Below are positions 62,055 through 64,000 of a DNA stretch of 64,000 nt, in pieces. Position 1 is the stretch's first letter. Each line of letters opens with the position of its first letter. The position numbers were made by a program, and so were the translations under genes. Origin of the DNA: Octopus sinensis. Lineage: Eukaryota. The notes under the pieces were generated by a model. The model did not search any database and was not told where the DNA came from. It saw only the letters and a program-made list of their open reading frames with translations. The stretch lies in the NCBI RefSeq assembly GCF_006345805.1, contig NC_043010.1, forward strand, positions 38,564,001 to 38,628,000, read 5' to 3'.

Positions 62055-62329
62055 ATTTCTACTTCAATTATTACATGGTTTTCTCTTATAGAAATATCAT
62101 ATCATTGTCATTACTGTATAGATAAATAAAATAATACATACAACCCACTTATTATTGTCATATCATAAAGAAACACAAGTTCATGTATGATATTCATCTT
62201 TCTTCTACTTTAATTATTACATGGTTTGTCTTCTAAAAATACACACAGTCAGGAGTAAATTATACATATAATACTTTCAATGTGGTCACGATAAACAGTA
62301 AAAGAAATTACTGGATCAACGAAAGGGGT

Positions 62330-62515
62330 TTTTAGATCGTTAACCACTACACACATTTTAATTCTCTCCTTGTTTTTTTCTGTGTCCCTTTCTGTAGAAG
62401 AGTGTAGGCTCGAAACTTAAAAATCTTTTACTATTCCTGAGCGTTATACTAATACATCTGTTTGTTTTGTACACCACCTGTCTTCGTCTTTTGTATTTTT
62501 CGTAAACTCTCATAA
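62330..62515 (+). mobile_element. pLTR-like element related to the 24.2-kb element, with a degenerate HHR
   Basis: ttt CTGTAGA a gag-tgtagg-ctc GAAA CTTA aaa at 62389-62422, followed by ttcctgagcgt as in the 24.2-kb element. Confidence 0.55.
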
Positions 62516-62963
62516 ATGTTTCATAAAAAAAAATAATTTACAAATGTCACTAAATGTGACTAGGTTGTTAGGAAACAACTAGATTCCTAGAAATAAGAGC
62601 TAAACCGCTCTGGTGCTGTAGTCAACGTACATGAATGAAAGCATATGCACTAACAGGGATCATAATGTCCGAAAAGTGCCGATCGAGAATTCGTAATACT
62701 AACGCGTCAGTTTCGGCAATTCCGTTGCCTCATCATTTAAGACAGCTTGAATGTTCGGCCCTTTCCGGACTCCTTTCACCATTAGTATATATATTTTCGT
62801 CATCCAAATAATTGGATAATTTAGCGATTCTCTTATGTATGTGTATAAATTTAATATAAACAACTGTTTGGAATGTTTCACCAAATAAGGCGAATTATAA
62901 ATGTTAGAAAATGTAACTACAATGTTAGGAAACACCTGCATTTCTAGAAAGTATTAAACGGCT

Positions 62964-62998
<35 letters not shown>

Positions 62999-63043
62999 AT
63001 GTGTATAATATATATATATTTGTATGTATAATAAGTGTATATA

Positions 63044-63078
<35 letters not shown>

Positions 63079-63092
63079 TGTGTATATATATA

Positions 63093-63428
63093 AAGTCAAG
63101 GTAGAAAATGCTAAAATAATATTATACAAAAACATTTCAGTACCGGTTTCAGTCATTGTAACTTTTTAACTGTATGGAAAACAATTAAATTTTGGACACA
63201 ACGGCCTCGAACCCACAAGAGTAAACAAAAGAGAGGCAGAGACAGACAGAAACAAGGAAAATACCCCTTGTATTTGAATACTATACAAATATTCTTTAAA
63301 AAAATTTTTCTTTTGATTCTTCCAAAATTTAATTGTTTTCCATACTTACAGTTGAAAAAGTTTCAATGCCTGAAACCGGTACTGAAATGATTTTTATAAA
63401 ATTATTTTAGCCTTTTCTACCTTGACTT
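63093..63428. mobile_element. Long-TIR foldback/MITE
   Basis: ~105-bp imperfect inverted arms at 63093-63196 and 63321-63428, with microsatellite flanks. Confidence 0.8.
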
Positions 63429-63485
63429 GTTTACATATATATCAACTCGTGTGTTCTTTTTCAACCTTCTACACACACACACACA

Positions 63486-63584
<99 letters not shown>

Positions 63585-64000
63585 GAGTGTGTGTCAGTGA
63601 GTGTTTGTGTGTTTTTGCGTCTGCATGTCCCTCACTATCGCTTGACAACTGGGGTTGGTGTGCTTATCTCCTCGTAACGGAGCAGTTCAGTAAAAGAGAC
63701 CGATAGAGTAAGTACCCTGTTTAGAAAATAATAAGTACTATGCTCAATTCATTCGACTAAAAAATCCTTGAGGCTGTGCCCCAGCATGGTCGCAGTGTAA
63801 TGACTGAAGTAAGAGATAAAAGCTAAAACTAAGCGATAAAAGCGTCAAGTTTACTTCCTAACCTCATCGACTTCACAGGGGTCCAAGAAAAACAACAAAA
63901 AAAGCAAAAACAAAATAAAAAAAACAAGCAAACAAATAGAAAATAACCTCAAACTCAAAAGGTACTGTTTCTTTTGAATTTCGCAATAACAAAAATAAAA

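Overview
This is repeat-dense eukaryotic DNA. An octopus or other coleoid cephalopod is inferred from the SINE and microsatellite content and was not verified by search. The only host gene I can support is the 3' part of ERI1 (3'hExo; SAP domain plus DEDDh exonuclease), as five + strand coding exons from 365 to the stop at 11194. The rest is intergenic: tRNA-derived SINEs, three different RTE LINE remnants, two Tx1/L1-clade LINE pieces back to back, maT (DD37D), hAT and Helitron remnants, MITEs, long microsatellites, a 100-N gap, and a 9.2-copy tandem array of ~706 bp (51410-57893). The strongest unexplained signal is a set of at least five sequence-distinct small elements carrying minimal type I hammerhead ribozyme (HHR) motifs, of the kind known from Penelope-like elements and retrozymes. 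One of them (16175-16812) is a 355-nt circularly permuted monomer plus an inverted partial copy, and its core has the compensatory U3-A8 pair in place of C3-G8. The 706-bp satellite is homologous to a dispersed (TA)n-embedded element and shares an unexplained CGAAAT-N22-24-CTGANGA motif with three other loci. All calls are by eye; no searches or folding programs were run.
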